Shown here piece by piece: positions 39,358-48,758 of a stretch of DNA of 64,000 nucleotides. Source of the stretch: an uncultured Verrucomicrobiae bacterium (GTDB lineage Bacteria; Chlamydiota; Chlamydiia; Chlamydiales; Rhabdochlamydiaceae); assembly GCA_963806855.1 (NCBI GenBank), contig CAWDYW010000001.1, positions 1,312,001 to 1,376,000 on the forward strand. Direction: 5' to 3'. Within the stretch, counting starts at the first letter, position 1. Each line of letters opens with the position of its first letter. The position numbers and the translations under genes are program-made. The notes beneath the pieces were generated by a model that saw only the letters and a list, made by a program, of their open reading frames with translations, was not told the DNA's origin and did not search any database.

Positions 39358-39708
39358 TCAACAATAGGTGGTGCAAATATTTTTATTGCGAACACAAGCA
39401 CTTTTTTCAAAATCAGATTGGTAGGGTTGGGTGTCTTTATGGCTTTCTAAAGTAGCAGTAAGTACTTGCTGCATCCATGTTTGAATTTGTTCATTTAACC
39501 GATAATATACCCATTGCCCTCTGCGCTCATCCAAAACAAGTCCAGATATTCGCAGGAGGGATAAATGGCGTGATATTTTTGGTTGAATACTTTCAAGTAT
39601 GTGACTGAATTCACAGACACAGAGTTCTTTTTCCTTTTGCAATAATAAAAGGCATCGCAAACGGGTTTCATCCGACAATAAATTAAAGAATTCTTGAGGG
39701 GATATCAT
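39358..39708 (-). CDS. arsR: ArsR metalloregulatory repressor
   Basis: LSDETRLR, ELCVCE arsenite box, QPKISRHL, ERRGQWVYYRL. Confidence 0.92.
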   Translation of the reverse strand: MISPQEFFNLLSDETRLRCLLLLQKEKELCVCEFSHILESIQPKISRHLSLLRISGLVLDERRGQWVYYRLNEQIQTWMQQVLTATLESHKDTQPYQSDFEKSACVRNKNICTTYC

Positions 39709-40580
39709 GGCTTTTACCTTCGGTTTAACTGCTTTAATTTTAGCAGAAATAACATATTCTTCTGCACCTGCACCAGGGACCCAGTCTTTAATAAACATGC
39801 GACTGTTCTCCTGGGGTCTCAATCACGATATCTGTAAATCCAGCTTTAGAAAGCATTTGTTTTAGATCATTAATAGGAATTGCGCCAGATATACAATTGC
39901 AATAAAGTTCTTTGTTATTAACCATTTCTTCTGGCAATGGCTTATTTGCTACAACATCAGAAATTGCAATCCTACCTCCCTCTTTTAATACCCTAAAAGA
40001 CTCGTTGAAAACTTGAGCCTTATCGGTGGACAGATTAACCACGCAATTAGAGATAATGACATCTACTGAATTGTTTGGAAGTGGAAGATGCTCAATTTCC
40101 CCTAATAGAAATTCAACATTTCGATAACCTTCTCTTGCAGCATTAGCTCCTTGCTGTACTTAGCATTTCTGGTGTCATATCCACACCGTATACTTTTCCA
40201 TTAGGGCCAACTTTACGAGCGGCTAAAAAGGCATCAAAACCACCCACCAGCTCCTAAATCAAGAACAACTTCACCTGTCTTTAAATCTGCAATTGCCTGC
40301 GGATTACCGCATCCCAAGCCCATGTTAGATCCTTCTGGAGCACTATCCAATTCTTCTTTGCTATAGCCAAGCTCTTGTGAATAGCTAGGATCTGGTTTGG
40401 CAGAAACACCACAGCAACTACGCCCATTCCCACAGCTTTTATTTTGTTTATTGGCCTCAGCGACACCTCCATAGGCTGCCCTCACTTCATTTTTGACATC
40501 CTCAATATCTTTGGTTCTTGCCCATTTCTTTCTGCAACATACTGTACATGCTCAACTTTAGGCGGTTGATAGTAATCCAT
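39705..40580 (-). pseudogene. arsM: Arsenite S-adenosylmethionine methyltransferase, multiply frameshifted (pseudogene or sequencing error)
   Basis: Fragments VRAAYG...[59 protein letters not shown] in alternating frames. Confidence 0.85.
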
Positions 40581-40611
40581 TGACAATCTCCTTGTTTATT
40601 TATGGATATTC

Positions 40612-40652
40612 GCATATACGTATATATATGAAAAAGAAAAATATTCTGTCAA
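40612..40652 (-). promoter_or_regulatory. Putative ars promoter/operator
   Basis: TTGACA on the minus strand (40652-40647), then an AT-rich -10 region overlapping the palindrome ATATACGTATAT. Confidence 0.45.
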
Positions 40653-40764
40653 CGATTCTCAACTCAAACTTGTGTGGCTTAAAATGTATTTTAAAATGAC
40701 CGGAATAGAATATTGATGCAATTTTATATGAGCGATTAATTTTTTAAACAAGAGGTTTTGTTAG

Positions 40765-41031
40765 ATGGTTATAATATCAAAAGCAATTATAGTTTCTACA
40801 CTCACTGGAGCAGTGGTTGCAACAGTCCCAAGCAGTATAATCTGCGGAGATTTATGTTCAAAACTATGGTTCTTTGATATAACGCCTACTATTGGGGAAA
40901 AGATCATGCGCGCCACTTTGATATGTATTACTAAGGGTACTTTATATGGTGCAGCAGTAGGTTATACTGTTGCTACAATTACTACTCTTGCGATACAGTT
41001 CATTTCAAGAGCTCGCCCGCAAATTGAATAA
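40765..41031 (+). CDS. Small two-TM hypothetical protein
   Basis: 88-aa hydrophobic ORF; RBS AGAGG. Confidence 0.5.
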   Translation: MVIISKAIIVSTLTGAVVATVPSSIICGDLCSKLWFFDITPTIGEKIMRATLICITKGTLYGAAVGYTVATITTLAIQFISRARPQIE

Positions 41032-41147
41032 ATATTTGAATTTTGCAATCCTCCTGGCGACTATCTCTGGCATAGTAGTGCCAAGTTCCGCATAAATCGC
41101 TTGAAAATAACCCACATAGTTCCTAAAAGAGAGAAAACGGAGGAAGG

Positions 41148-41324
41148 ATGCTGAAGTGGGCTGCTATTTTTTTAGTGATCGCGTTGATCACCGGTTACAT
41201 GGGATTTAAAGGCACTGAAGTAGATGCGAAGAAAATTGCCAAGGGGCTATTTTTCTTATTCGCCCTCCTTTTTATGGTCTTTCTTATCCTCGCCCTGATC
41301 CATGGGAATCGGTGCTCAATCTAG
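41148..41324 (+). CDS. DUF1328 (YtjA-like) small membrane protein (not in ORF track)
   Basis: Manual translation MLKWAAIFLVIALITGYMGFKG...IAKGLFFLFALLF; RBS GGAGG. Confidence 0.85.
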   Translation: MLKWAAIFLVIALITGYMGFKGTEVDAKKIAKGLFFLFALLFMVFLILALIHGNRCSI

Positions 41325-42291
41325 CAAAGAAGATTGTGAAAAGCATCTCGGGCCTGCCGACACTTGTCTTGAGGCCGAGTTCAAACTCAAAGAGATCGAT
41401 CAGCCCCCGTTTAAAGTAATCGATTCCGAACTGGCGCGCTCCATCGACACACTGCTGCAGAGCTTTCGGCCATAGCCGCGGAAAGGCTGCAGAGATCTCC
41501 TCTTGCGAAGACCCTTTTTTGATCAAGACCGCCATCTTCAGTCCCATCTCCAATTGATTGCGCAGCATCCCAATGAGTGGCAACAAGACCGAGACATCAT
41601 GGAAATCGGGAACCGTCTTTAATCCTCCCCAGACCAGTTGCTGGGCAATCTGAAAGAAATTGTATTCCACCGAAGAGCTGCAAATCGTCTCCACATCGGC
41701 GCGGGTGACTGCCGTTCTTTCTCCGATATAGCAGATCAACTTTTCAATCTCCTGACCCAAATTGAGCCGATCGCATGGTAGCCGTTCAAAGATCGCCTCG
41801 ACTGCATCGGGAGCAATCTGCTTTTTTTGCGCATGGATCACCTGCACCAGCCATTTTTGCATCCGCTGCTTCTCTTCCCACGGCTTTTCTTGCGTCAGAT
41901 CGAGAATCACCATCTCCTTCTTCCCTTTTTCATAGAGGGTGGAGATGTTTTTGCCATTCGCAGCGCCAAGAAGCAGTTGCCCTTGAGGATTGGGCGCGGT
42001 GACATATTGGGTGAGCTGCTGTACTTCCGAATCGAGGAGCAGGTCCACTCCATCGAGCACCGCTGCCGTCTTCCCAGAAAAGAGCGATCCCCCATTGAGA
42101 TGCCCAAGCACATCTTTTACCTGCTGGCACCTCTTCAAATCGGCCTCTTTTTCCAACAATTGGACTAAGCTGGCCAAAATTTTCTTCCGCTCATTCTCCT
42201 GGCTGCAGACCACCGCATAGACAGCGGAAAGGTGCTGGGGAAACGCCTCTTTAAAATGCTTCTCGAATGCTTCGAGTTTCTGAAACTTCAT
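41284..42291 (-). CDS. holA: DNA polymerase III delta subunit
   Basis: SLFSGK, QEIEKLICYIG...VTRADVETI, NFFQI pattern; divergent from an hctB-like gene as in Chlamydia. Confidence 0.8.
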   Translation of the reverse strand: MKFQKLEAFEKHFKEAFPQHLSAVYAVVCSQENERKKILASLVQLLEKEADLKRCQQVKDVLGHLNGGSLFSGKTAAVLDGVDLLLDSEVQQLTQYVTAPNPQGQLLLGAANGKNISTLYEKGKKEMVILDLTQEKPWEEKQRMQKWLVQVIHAQKKQIAPDAVEAIFERLPCDRLNLGQEIEKLICYIGERTAVTRADVETICSSSVEYNFFQIAQQLVWGGLKTVPDFHDVSVLLPLIGMLRNQLEMGLKMAVLIKKGSSQEEISAAFPRLWPKALQQCVDGARQFGIDYFKRGLIDLFEFELGLKTSVGRPEMLFTIFFARLSTDSHGSGRG

Positions 42292-42358
42292 TTCTCTAGT
42301 ATAGCGATCTTTTGATTTATTTGATCCCATGGGTTATCTTAAGAGAAAGGAGAAGCAG

Positions 42359-42610
42359 ATGGCTACACCGAAAAAGAAAGCAAAAGTTGTAAAGAAAAAA
42401 GTTGCACCTAAAAAACAGGTGGCAGCAGTTAAAAAGGCGGCTCCTAAGGCTCCTTTAAAGAAAACAGTTGCTAAAAAGACAGAGCGCAAAAAAGCCGTCG
42501 AAAAACCTCCCGTCGCCCCTCCTAAGAAAAAAGCCACCCCTGTCAAGCTCCACTCCAAAAAAATTCTTACAGCGGAAGGATGGCGAAGACTGATGATGGC
42601 AAAAAACTAA
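42359..42610 (+). CDS. hctB: Short Lys/Ala/Val-rich histone H1-like protein (Hc2/HctB-like)
   Basis: KKVAPKK and KKTVAKK repeats; C-terminal TAEGWRRLMM; position next to holA. Confidence 0.6.
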   Translation: MATPKKKAKVVKKKVAPKKQVAAVKKAAPKAPLKKTVAKKTERKKAVEKPPVAPPKKKATPVKLHSKKILTAEGWRRLMMAKN

Positions 42611-42655
42611 TAAATCAGTTATAATAATTCTACTATTCATCACCACTGGAGGAAT

Positions 42656-43567
42656 ATGAAACTGAAAGGTAAACGGGCATTCATTGCCGGAGTTGGCGAC
42701 GATCAAGGTTATGGCTGGGCGATTGCAAAAGCTTTAGCAGAAGAGGGTTGTGAAATTCTCGTCGGAACCTGGACTCCCATTCTTAAAATTTTCACTACCT
42801 CCTTTGAAACTGGCAAATTTGATGAGTCGCGCCAGCTTTCCAATGGAAAGATGCTCAAGATTGCCAAAGTCTATGCCCTCGATGCGAGTTTCGACCGTCC
42901 AGAAGATGTTCCTCAAGACATTAAGGATAACAAACGGTATGCCGCTGCCTCTGGATATACAATCACCGAAGTTGTAGCCCAAATCGAAAAAGACTATGGG
43001 ACCATCGACATTCTCGTCCATTCGCTTGCCAACGGCCCAGAAGTGAAGAAACCTCTGCTCGAGACCTCGCGCGCCGGCTATTTGGCAGCCCTCAGCGCCT
43101 CTTCCTATTCTTTCGTCAGCCTGATCGCTCAGTTTGGCCCCATTATGGCAGCAGGAGGCTCGATCCTCTCTCTTACCTATATTGCCTCAGAACGGGCAGT
43201 TCCAGGCTACGGTGGCGGAATGAGTTCAGCAAAAGCAGCTCTCGAAAGCGATACCCGCACTCTGGCCTTTGAAGCAGGGCGCAAGTGGGGCCTGCGCATC
43301 AACACCATTTCAGCCGGGCCGCTGCGCAGTCGTGCAGCACGCGCGATCGGCTTTATCGACAAAATGATCAACTATTCTGAGGCCAATGCTCCTCTTCAAC
43401 GGGAGATGACTGCCGAAGATGTAGGCAATGCAGCGGTCTTCCTCCTCTCCCCTGCCGCAGCCGCCGTCACCGGAACGACTCTCTATGTAGATAACGGGAT
43501 GCATGCGATGGGAATCGCGATGGATTCACCCGCCTTTGCCGAGCAGCCAGAAGTCGCGCCAGTATAA
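42656..43567 (+). CDS. fabI: Enoyl-ACP reductase (chlamydial/plant type)
   Basis: [40 protein letters not shown]. Confidence 0.96.
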   Translation: MKLKGKRAFIAGVGDDQGYGWAIAKALAEEGCEILVGTWTPILKIFTTSFETGKFDESRQLSNGKMLKIAKVYALDASFDRPEDVPQDIKDNKRYAAASGYTITEVVAQIEKDYGTIDILVHSLANGPEVKKPLLETSRAGYLAALSASSYSFVSLIAQFGPIMAAGGSILSLTYIASERAVPGYGGGMSSAKAALESDTRTLAFEAGRKWGLRINTISAGPLRSRAARAIGFIDKMINYSEANAPLQREMTAEDVGNAAVFLLSPAAAAVTGTTLYVDNGMHAMGIAMDSPAFAEQPEVAPV

Positions 43568-43678
43568 CTGGACGAGCCGATATCACCACTGAGGCTGACG
43601 CGCCCTTTACTACAAAGGCAACTTTTTATTTTCATTGACTAAATTATTCAATCATTTTATATTATATCTTGATTATTA

Positions 43679-44230
43679 ATGGAGAACGAATCTATGGATC
43701 TTCTTGCACAATGTATGCAGAATTTGGGAAATTGTGAGAATTATCTTTCCAGATGCCAATACAGCAGTTTATTAAAAAATATTGGCGAAGTAGTTGGAAC
43801 AACCATCACTGTTACTGCTGTCTTAACTATTGGGGTTGCTGCATATGCGTTAGCAAGATATCCAAAGGAAATAAAAGAATATATCAAAAAAACAGCAGAA
43901 AAAAAAGAGGTCAAAGCCTTTATAGAAAGTATCGAAAAACATGAGACATATACTACAAGCGATTTGACTTTAGTTATTAGCCGGGAATCAAACATTTCTA
44001 ATTTTGGAATTGCATTGACTAGTCTAGCACGCTGCATTAAACACTTTGTCTTAGGAATATTTTTCTTTCTTCCTTTTATCAACTCCGATGACCTGTCACT
44101 AACAACCTATTTTCATAGATCATTCATCGATCTCGGGGGATTTGGAATTGGAATAGTGGGAACATTTTTTCCGAAAACTGCCCACAATATGGCAGGCGAT
44201 TTTCTAAAATTTTCTTGGAAAAACTCTTAA
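43679..44230 (+). CDS. AT-rich membrane hypothetical protein
   Basis: 183-aa ORF; upstream TTGACT-17-TATATT at 43635-43663. Confidence 0.55.
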   Translation: MENESMDLLAQCMQNLGNCENYLSRCQYSSLLKNIGEVVGTTITVTAVLTIGVAAYALARYPKEIKEYIKKTAEKKEVKAFIESIEKHETYTTSDLTLVISRESNISNFGIALTSLARCIKHFVLGIFFFLPFINSDDLSLTTYFHRSFIDLGGFGIGIVGTFFPKTAHNMAGDFLKFSWKNS

Positions 44231-45330
44231 AATCTGGGCAAAGGCGACTGAACCTGATTGAGCAGTCTTTCCAAATTAGCCTGGAACTCCTGGGTCTTCT
44301 GCAGATACATCGCCCGATTGTTTTCCCCAATCTTCTTCAACTCGCTTTCGGGCAAAGACCTTAAATCACGAATCGTTTTCTCCAGATCTTCCGGAGCAAT
44401 AAAATAGCGGGTGGCCAAATACCGTTGATCTATTTTTTGATAAGGGACAAGGCACCGCTTATCTGTAATAAACTCATTCATAGGGGGAGCATCGGTTGTG
44501 ACGACGACAGCGCCCGCAGACATCGCCTCCATAATATAATGGCCAAATCCTTCCGTTTCGCTTGGGCACAAATGAATGCCGCAATGATTTTGCAGATGGC
44601 GCAGCCTATTCTCGGGGATTTTGGTAGATATCCACTCTAGATTTTCTTGAAAAAATGGCCTTTCCCACCAATGGCAAATGACCGTCAACTGCGGAAGGGA
44701 TCTATCAGTTTTCCACAAGTCGGCAATCGCGGGAGTACCTTTCATAGTACTTTTACCCGCTACGTGGAGATAACGACTGAAATTTTTCTCGATTCCACTA
44801 TGATAACAATCGAAACTCGTAAAGCCTGAAAAATAGGCATTAATGCCCATTTCCCTGAAAATCCGTTCAGCTTCATGTGTAAAACACAGTGCCAGATCAA
44901 TTTTATTCAAAAGAGCTAGATCTTGAACGTACCATTCTGGATTAGGAACAAGCCAATTTAATTTCGCATACGGTAACCATTGGGGGCATATGATTTCCAT
45001 GAAAATATTGATATCGGCCAGACTATAGAGGTTAAGTAACGTCGGCATTTCATTATACTCTCTATCATGGACGATGTGACCCAAAGATTCTAACGCCTTT
45101 CTCATGAGTTTTCGTTGGGCTTCCAATCCTACGCCATTATTTATACTGAACACATTGATTTTGAGCGGGCGGGTTGGTTTTGCTTGTATACCCCGACTCG
45201 CCAAAAAGTGTGGAGTTGGATCCGCGCGAAAGCTCTCGCGGGCCAAATTCACACTTTTGGGCGAGTCGGGGTATATTTGAGCAAATGACAAAATAAACAA
45301 TGCGAGGAGCTTACATAACACTTTAGTCAT
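44227..45330 (-). CDS. GT-B (group 1/family 4) glycosyltransferase with a signal peptide and an in-frame palindromic insert
   Basis: HLCPSETEGFGHYIMEAMSAGAVVVTTDAPPMNE (EX7E motif); HVAGKSTMKGT. Confidence 0.85.
   Translation of the reverse strand: MTKVLCKLLALFILSFAQIYPDSPKSVNLARESFRADPTPHFLASRGIQAKPTRPLKINVFSINNGVGLEAQRKLMRKALESLGHIVHDREYNEMPTLLNLYSLADINIFMEIICPQWLPYAKLNWLVPNPEWYVQDLALLNKIDLALCFTHEAERIFREMGINAYFSGFTSFDCYHSGIEKNFSRYLHVAGKSTMKGTPAIADLWKTDRSLPQLTVICHWWERPFFQENLEWISTKIPENRLRHLQNHCGIHLCPSETEGFGHYIMEAMSAGAVVVTTDAPPMNEFITDKRCLVPYQKIDQRYLATRYFIAPEDLEKTIRDLRSLPESELKKIGENNRAMYLQKTQEFQANLERLLNQVQSPLPRF
45187..45275. mobile_element. Internally deleted family-B palindromic element, in frame in the glycosyltransferase
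   Basis: TATACCCCGACTCGCCAAAAAGTGTG...CACACTTTTGGGCGAGTCGGGGTATA, same ends as the 23975 copy. Confidence 0.88.
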
Positions 45331-46523
45331 TCTTTAAATCTAGAAATTATGAGTGGGGTCATTCCAGGTTTCACCGTACGGATTGCAATCTGCCAATCGA
45401 AGGCAGCGAACTGATTCTCTCCCTTGCAGTGATGCTGTGAGGGGCGGTTGCCTCTTAAAATATGTCCCATATAGGCGCCATCCTCAGCCGAGAACTGGAA
45501 TTGCATGGTCAATCCTTTCGATTTAATCTCGACAATTTCATTCTGGCGAAAAGTATTAGCTTTTACCCCATTCACGAAAATCTGATGGTCGGAGTGATGA
45601 TTGAAAAAGAAATTGATCTCTTCCTCTTTCGGGTAAATCTTGATTTCTTCAGCATGCCCTTCTACTTGGTGCTGCTGTTTTGCCATAACGAAAGTATGCT
45701 GATCCCAGGCGATAAATAAGGGGCACTCATCCTGATTATTAAAGTGCACATAGGGAATTGGCAATTTCTCTTGCTCTACTTCAAACCCTAGAGGGCGGAT
45801 GAGAGCTCCATGCAGATGAATGGGGGCGATTTTGGCTGTCCTTTCGGAAAAGCGCTTTTGCCACTGGCACATGAAAAGATCAAACAGGGTCAATTCGGGA
45901 AGATGCCCCTCTTGATTGCGCCGGGCTGCCGGGCCGATATAGAGGCAAAGATCGGGATGCCAGAGTTTAAAGGCCTCTCGAATCGGCTCTTCGATGGAGG
46001 CTCCTCGCTTTTCAGCGATCTGTAACGAGATCAGAGCCTCGCTCCAGTCGTAGACATTCCCCGGCAAAGATCCCATTTTCCCTTCGAAGGCATCGAGCCG
46101 AAACCGGGCCCAATTAGGGCGTGTCGTAGATTCCTGAGGAGCACCTAAGATCCGCTCAATGCATTTTTCAAGATCTTGCTTTAGGCCGCCGATCACATGG
46201 CCAAAATCGACTGAGATCCAGAAAAAAATGGGCAGGAGGCGGAGATTGAGATAGGGGTCAGAAATGTGCGGGTAGGCATGCAGATAGGTTGGGAAATTGC
46301 CATCGACCTCAAAAGCCAGTAGCCGCTCGATCAAGGCTTTTCCTATCTGAACATTCTCAGCGAGCCGCGTCCGGAAAAGACTTAGCGCAAAAAGGGCATT
46401 TTCCAAGACCGGAATCGTATCATGTGTCGTCAGATCTTCACTTTGGTGACAGTAATGGATATAGCCAGTTTGCTTTCTCTGCAGCCGGCGACCCGATTCT
46501 AGTGCTAGATTAATGGCGTCCAA
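45327..46523 (-). CDS. Hypothetical protein (398 aa)
   Basis: Long ORF overlapping both neighbours in an operon. Confidence 0.75.
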   Translation of the reverse strand: MDAINLALESGRRLQRKQTGYIHYCHQSEDLTTHDTIPVLENALFALSLFRTRLAENVQIGKALIERLLAFEVDGNFPTYLHAYPHISDPYLNLRLLPIFFWISVDFGHVIGGLKQDLEKCIERILGAPQESTTRPNWARFRLDAFEGKMGSLPGNVYDWSEALISLQIAEKRGASIEEPIREAFKLWHPDLCLYIGPAARRNQEGHLPELTLFDLFMCQWQKRFSERTAKIAPIHLHGALIRPLGFEVEQEKLPIPYVHFNNQDECPLFIAWDQHTFVMAKQQHQVEGHAEEIKIYPKEEEINFFFNHHSDHQIFVNGVKANTFRQNEIVEIKSKGLTMQFQFSAEDGAYMGHILRGNRPSQHHCKGENQFAAFDWQIAIRTVKPGMTPLIISRFKE

Positions 46524-47337
46524 TGGCTACCTCGATTGCTTGAATGATTCCCATTTCATTCGCCGGCTTGGCCACCACATCCGCTACAGCGAGCACCTCG
46601 GGTGGGGCCGTTTCGACGACAATTGCCACATCAGCTAGGTTCAGCATCTTTAGATCGTTGTGGTCATCCCCGGCGGCGATGACAAAGGGGCTTTGAAAAT
46701 GCTCTTTCATAAATTGCAGTGAATGCCCTTTACTCGCATGGCAATCGGTAATGAGATTGAGATAAAGGGTCGGATCGACCGGATCGCGAATCATCGACAC
46801 TTCCAAGGCGGGGTGCCCTTTCAATCGATCATAAAGCTCCGCCACCACTTTTCTTTCCCCAAAAGTTTTGATTAGGGGAAATGAGGTCCCTTTTTCAAAG
46901 ACAAAATTGGAAGCTTGCCATGAATCAGAAAGGCTCTCGAGTACCTTGAGATATTCCAGTACCTTTTTTGAGAATCGCTGCGGCCGATAGTAGCAGAAAT
47001 CGCCCTTGTCTATTCCAGCATAGATAATGAAGTCCTCGTGCTGGCCCTCATAAATCTGATCAATTTGGGGAACGATCTCGGCCGAAAGATAATTGCGCTG
47101 CAAAATTTTTTTTGATGGCATCTCGACGATGTCGGCCCCATTTTGAAAGGCAATCGTATAGGGAAAATCGAAAGTGTGAATCACCTTCTTGGCAAAGGAA
47201 TAGGTGCGGCCGGTCAAAAATGCGATCTGCCACTGCTCTTGAGCCAGAGCTTTTAAAAATTGAACCACCTTAGGGTCAATCCAATCAAGCCGATGGGTCA
47301 GGGTCCCGTCAATATCAAATGCTAAAAGTCCTTTCAT
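46510..47337 (-). CDS. Cof-type HAD hydrolase
   Basis: FDIDGTL, LTGR, QNGA, SKG, GDDHNDLKML. Confidence 0.92.
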   Translation of the reverse strand: MKGLLAFDIDGTLTHRLDWIDPKVVQFLKALAQEQWQIAFLTGRTYSFAKKVIHTFDFPYTIAFQNGADIVEMPSKKILQRNYLSAEIVPQIDQIYEGQHEDFIIYAGIDKGDFCYYRPQRFSKKVLEYLKVLESLSDSWQASNFVFEKGTSFPLIKTFGERKVVAELYDRLKGHPALEVSMIRDPVDPTLYLNLITDCHASKGHSLQFMKEHFQSPFVIAAGDDHNDLKMLNLADVAIVVETAPPEVLAVADVVAKPANEMGIIQAIEVAIGRH

Positions 47338-47421
47338 AGGGTTTTTTAACCTCAGCTTATTATGCCCTGACTTGCAAAAAAAGTCAGCACAAAGCATTCT
47401 CAGGATAAAATGAGGTTTTGC

Positions 47422-47838
47422 ATGTCAAAAATTTTTTTAACACTCTTTTTCTTTCTCTTCACCACATTGGCCCAAGCCCAAATCGAGCCCCCTCCGGCCA
47501 AGCCCCAGAAAGAGCAAACACAGGACCAGTCGAATAAAGAAATGATTGAAAACATGGGCCCAACCTATAAAGGAGCCTTTGTGAAGATGATGGTCACTTT
47601 GCTTGGGCTGATTGTCCTGATTGTCGTCTCCGTCTGGATGCTCCGCCGCATTGCCCATGGAAGAATGAAGCAGATGAACTATGGCCGGGAGATCAAGGTT
47701 CTCGAAAGACGGCCCTTGAGTGCAAAGTCAGTCCTCTATCTGATTGAAGTTGGCGGGAAAAAAGTGGTTGTCGCTGAGTCACAAGTTGAAGTGCGGGCGA
47801 TCATAACCGCCGACCACTTAACCGGTGATGAGGAATAG
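47422..47838 (+). CDS. FliO-family membrane protein
   Basis: Signal peptide, TM, then IKVLERRPLSAKSVLYLIEVGGKKVVVAES. Confidence 0.75.
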   Translation: MSKIFLTLFFFLFTTLAQAQIEPPPAKPQKEQTQDQSNKEMIENMGPTYKGAFVKMMVTLLGLIVLIVVSVWMLRRIAHGRMKQMNYGREIKVLERRPLSAKSVLYLIEVGGKKVVVAESQVEVRAIITADHLTGDEE

Positions 47839-47844
47839 TTTAAC

Positions 47845-47921
47845 CAATTTCAACGCAAAGACGCCAAGGCGCCAAGACGCAAAAAAAACTAATATTTTTC
47901 TGCGTCTTTGCGTTGAAATTG
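47845..47921. repeat. REP-like palindrome family A (may act as a bidirectional terminator)
   Basis: CAATTTCAACGCAAAGACGC...GCGTCTTTGCGTTGAAATTG. Confidence 0.85.
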
Positions 47922-47927
47922 ATTAAC

Positions 47928-48710
47928 CTATTCGGTTTTGTCTGTTTTTTCTTCTTTTACTTCTTCTTTCTTAACTTCCTCTTTGACAGGCTGCTCTTGC
48001 TTTCCAACTTTATTGGTTCTGAGAATCTGAGTAAGAGAAAGGGACCCATTCGTAATACGATTAAGAGCATCAACCACGCTTAAGTTAGCAATCTGATCTT
48101 CAGGTAAATCTTCCACATCAGCCGGACGCAATTTCTCTTGAACCTTTTCCATCATCACTCGACATTCGAGCGGATTAAAAAGAGCATAGCCAGAGCTTAA
48201 GGATAGATACAGGGTGTTGACGTAAAGTGCATTGGTGTAGAGAAGAGCAAAAGGTACTCCCTCCCAAAGGGCTTGATAAAATTGGCCCATTGCGGGCTTG
48301 AAAACTGAAGCCTGCTTATCTGTACCCCAAACTGCATCCTTTAAATAGGCCCCCAAGTTAAAACCAGATTCAGTTCTTAAGACACTCCAATTTTGGTAAA
48401 TGCCATGTGCAGCCACACCAGCTTCATAGACTCCACTACCAAAATGGCGAACCATAGAAGCTCCCAAATAGTAAGGGACTCCATACCAAACGATCCCCAG
48501 ATTTTTGACCGCTGTCCACGATTTTGATTCCGGGCGGTACAGACGTCCAGATGGAAGATGACAGTGATAAGTTTCCCCCTCCTTCACAATCTTTTGCCAG
48601 CATTCTCCAGGTTTATTTTCTGTGGGAACTTCTTGCCAATGTTGAGCGAGAAATTGACCAGCAGCAGAATCAGGTAGACCTACTGCCCAAGCCTTAATTT
48701 TATCAAACAT
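47928..48710 (-). CDS. Hypothetical membrane-associated protein, tandem paralog 3
   Basis: 260 aa; RBS GAGG; shares motifs with the two upstream genes. Confidence 0.7.
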   Translation of the reverse strand: MFDKIKAWAVGLPDSAAGQFLAQHWQEVPTENKPGECWQKIVKEGETYHCHLPSGRLYRPESKSWTAVKNLGIVWYGVPYYLGASMVRHFGSGVYEAGVAAHGIYQNWSVLRTESGFNLGAYLKDAVWGTDKQASVFKPAMGQFYQALWEGVPFALLYTNALYVNTLYLSLSSGYALFNPLECRVMMEKVQEKLRPADVEDLPEDQIANLSVVDALNRITNGSLSLTQILRTNKVGKQEQPVKEEVKKEEVKEEKTDKTE

Positions 48711-48758
48711 AACTTTCCTCCAAGTTTAAATCAAAAAGGGGGTTCACCCCCCTTAAAT

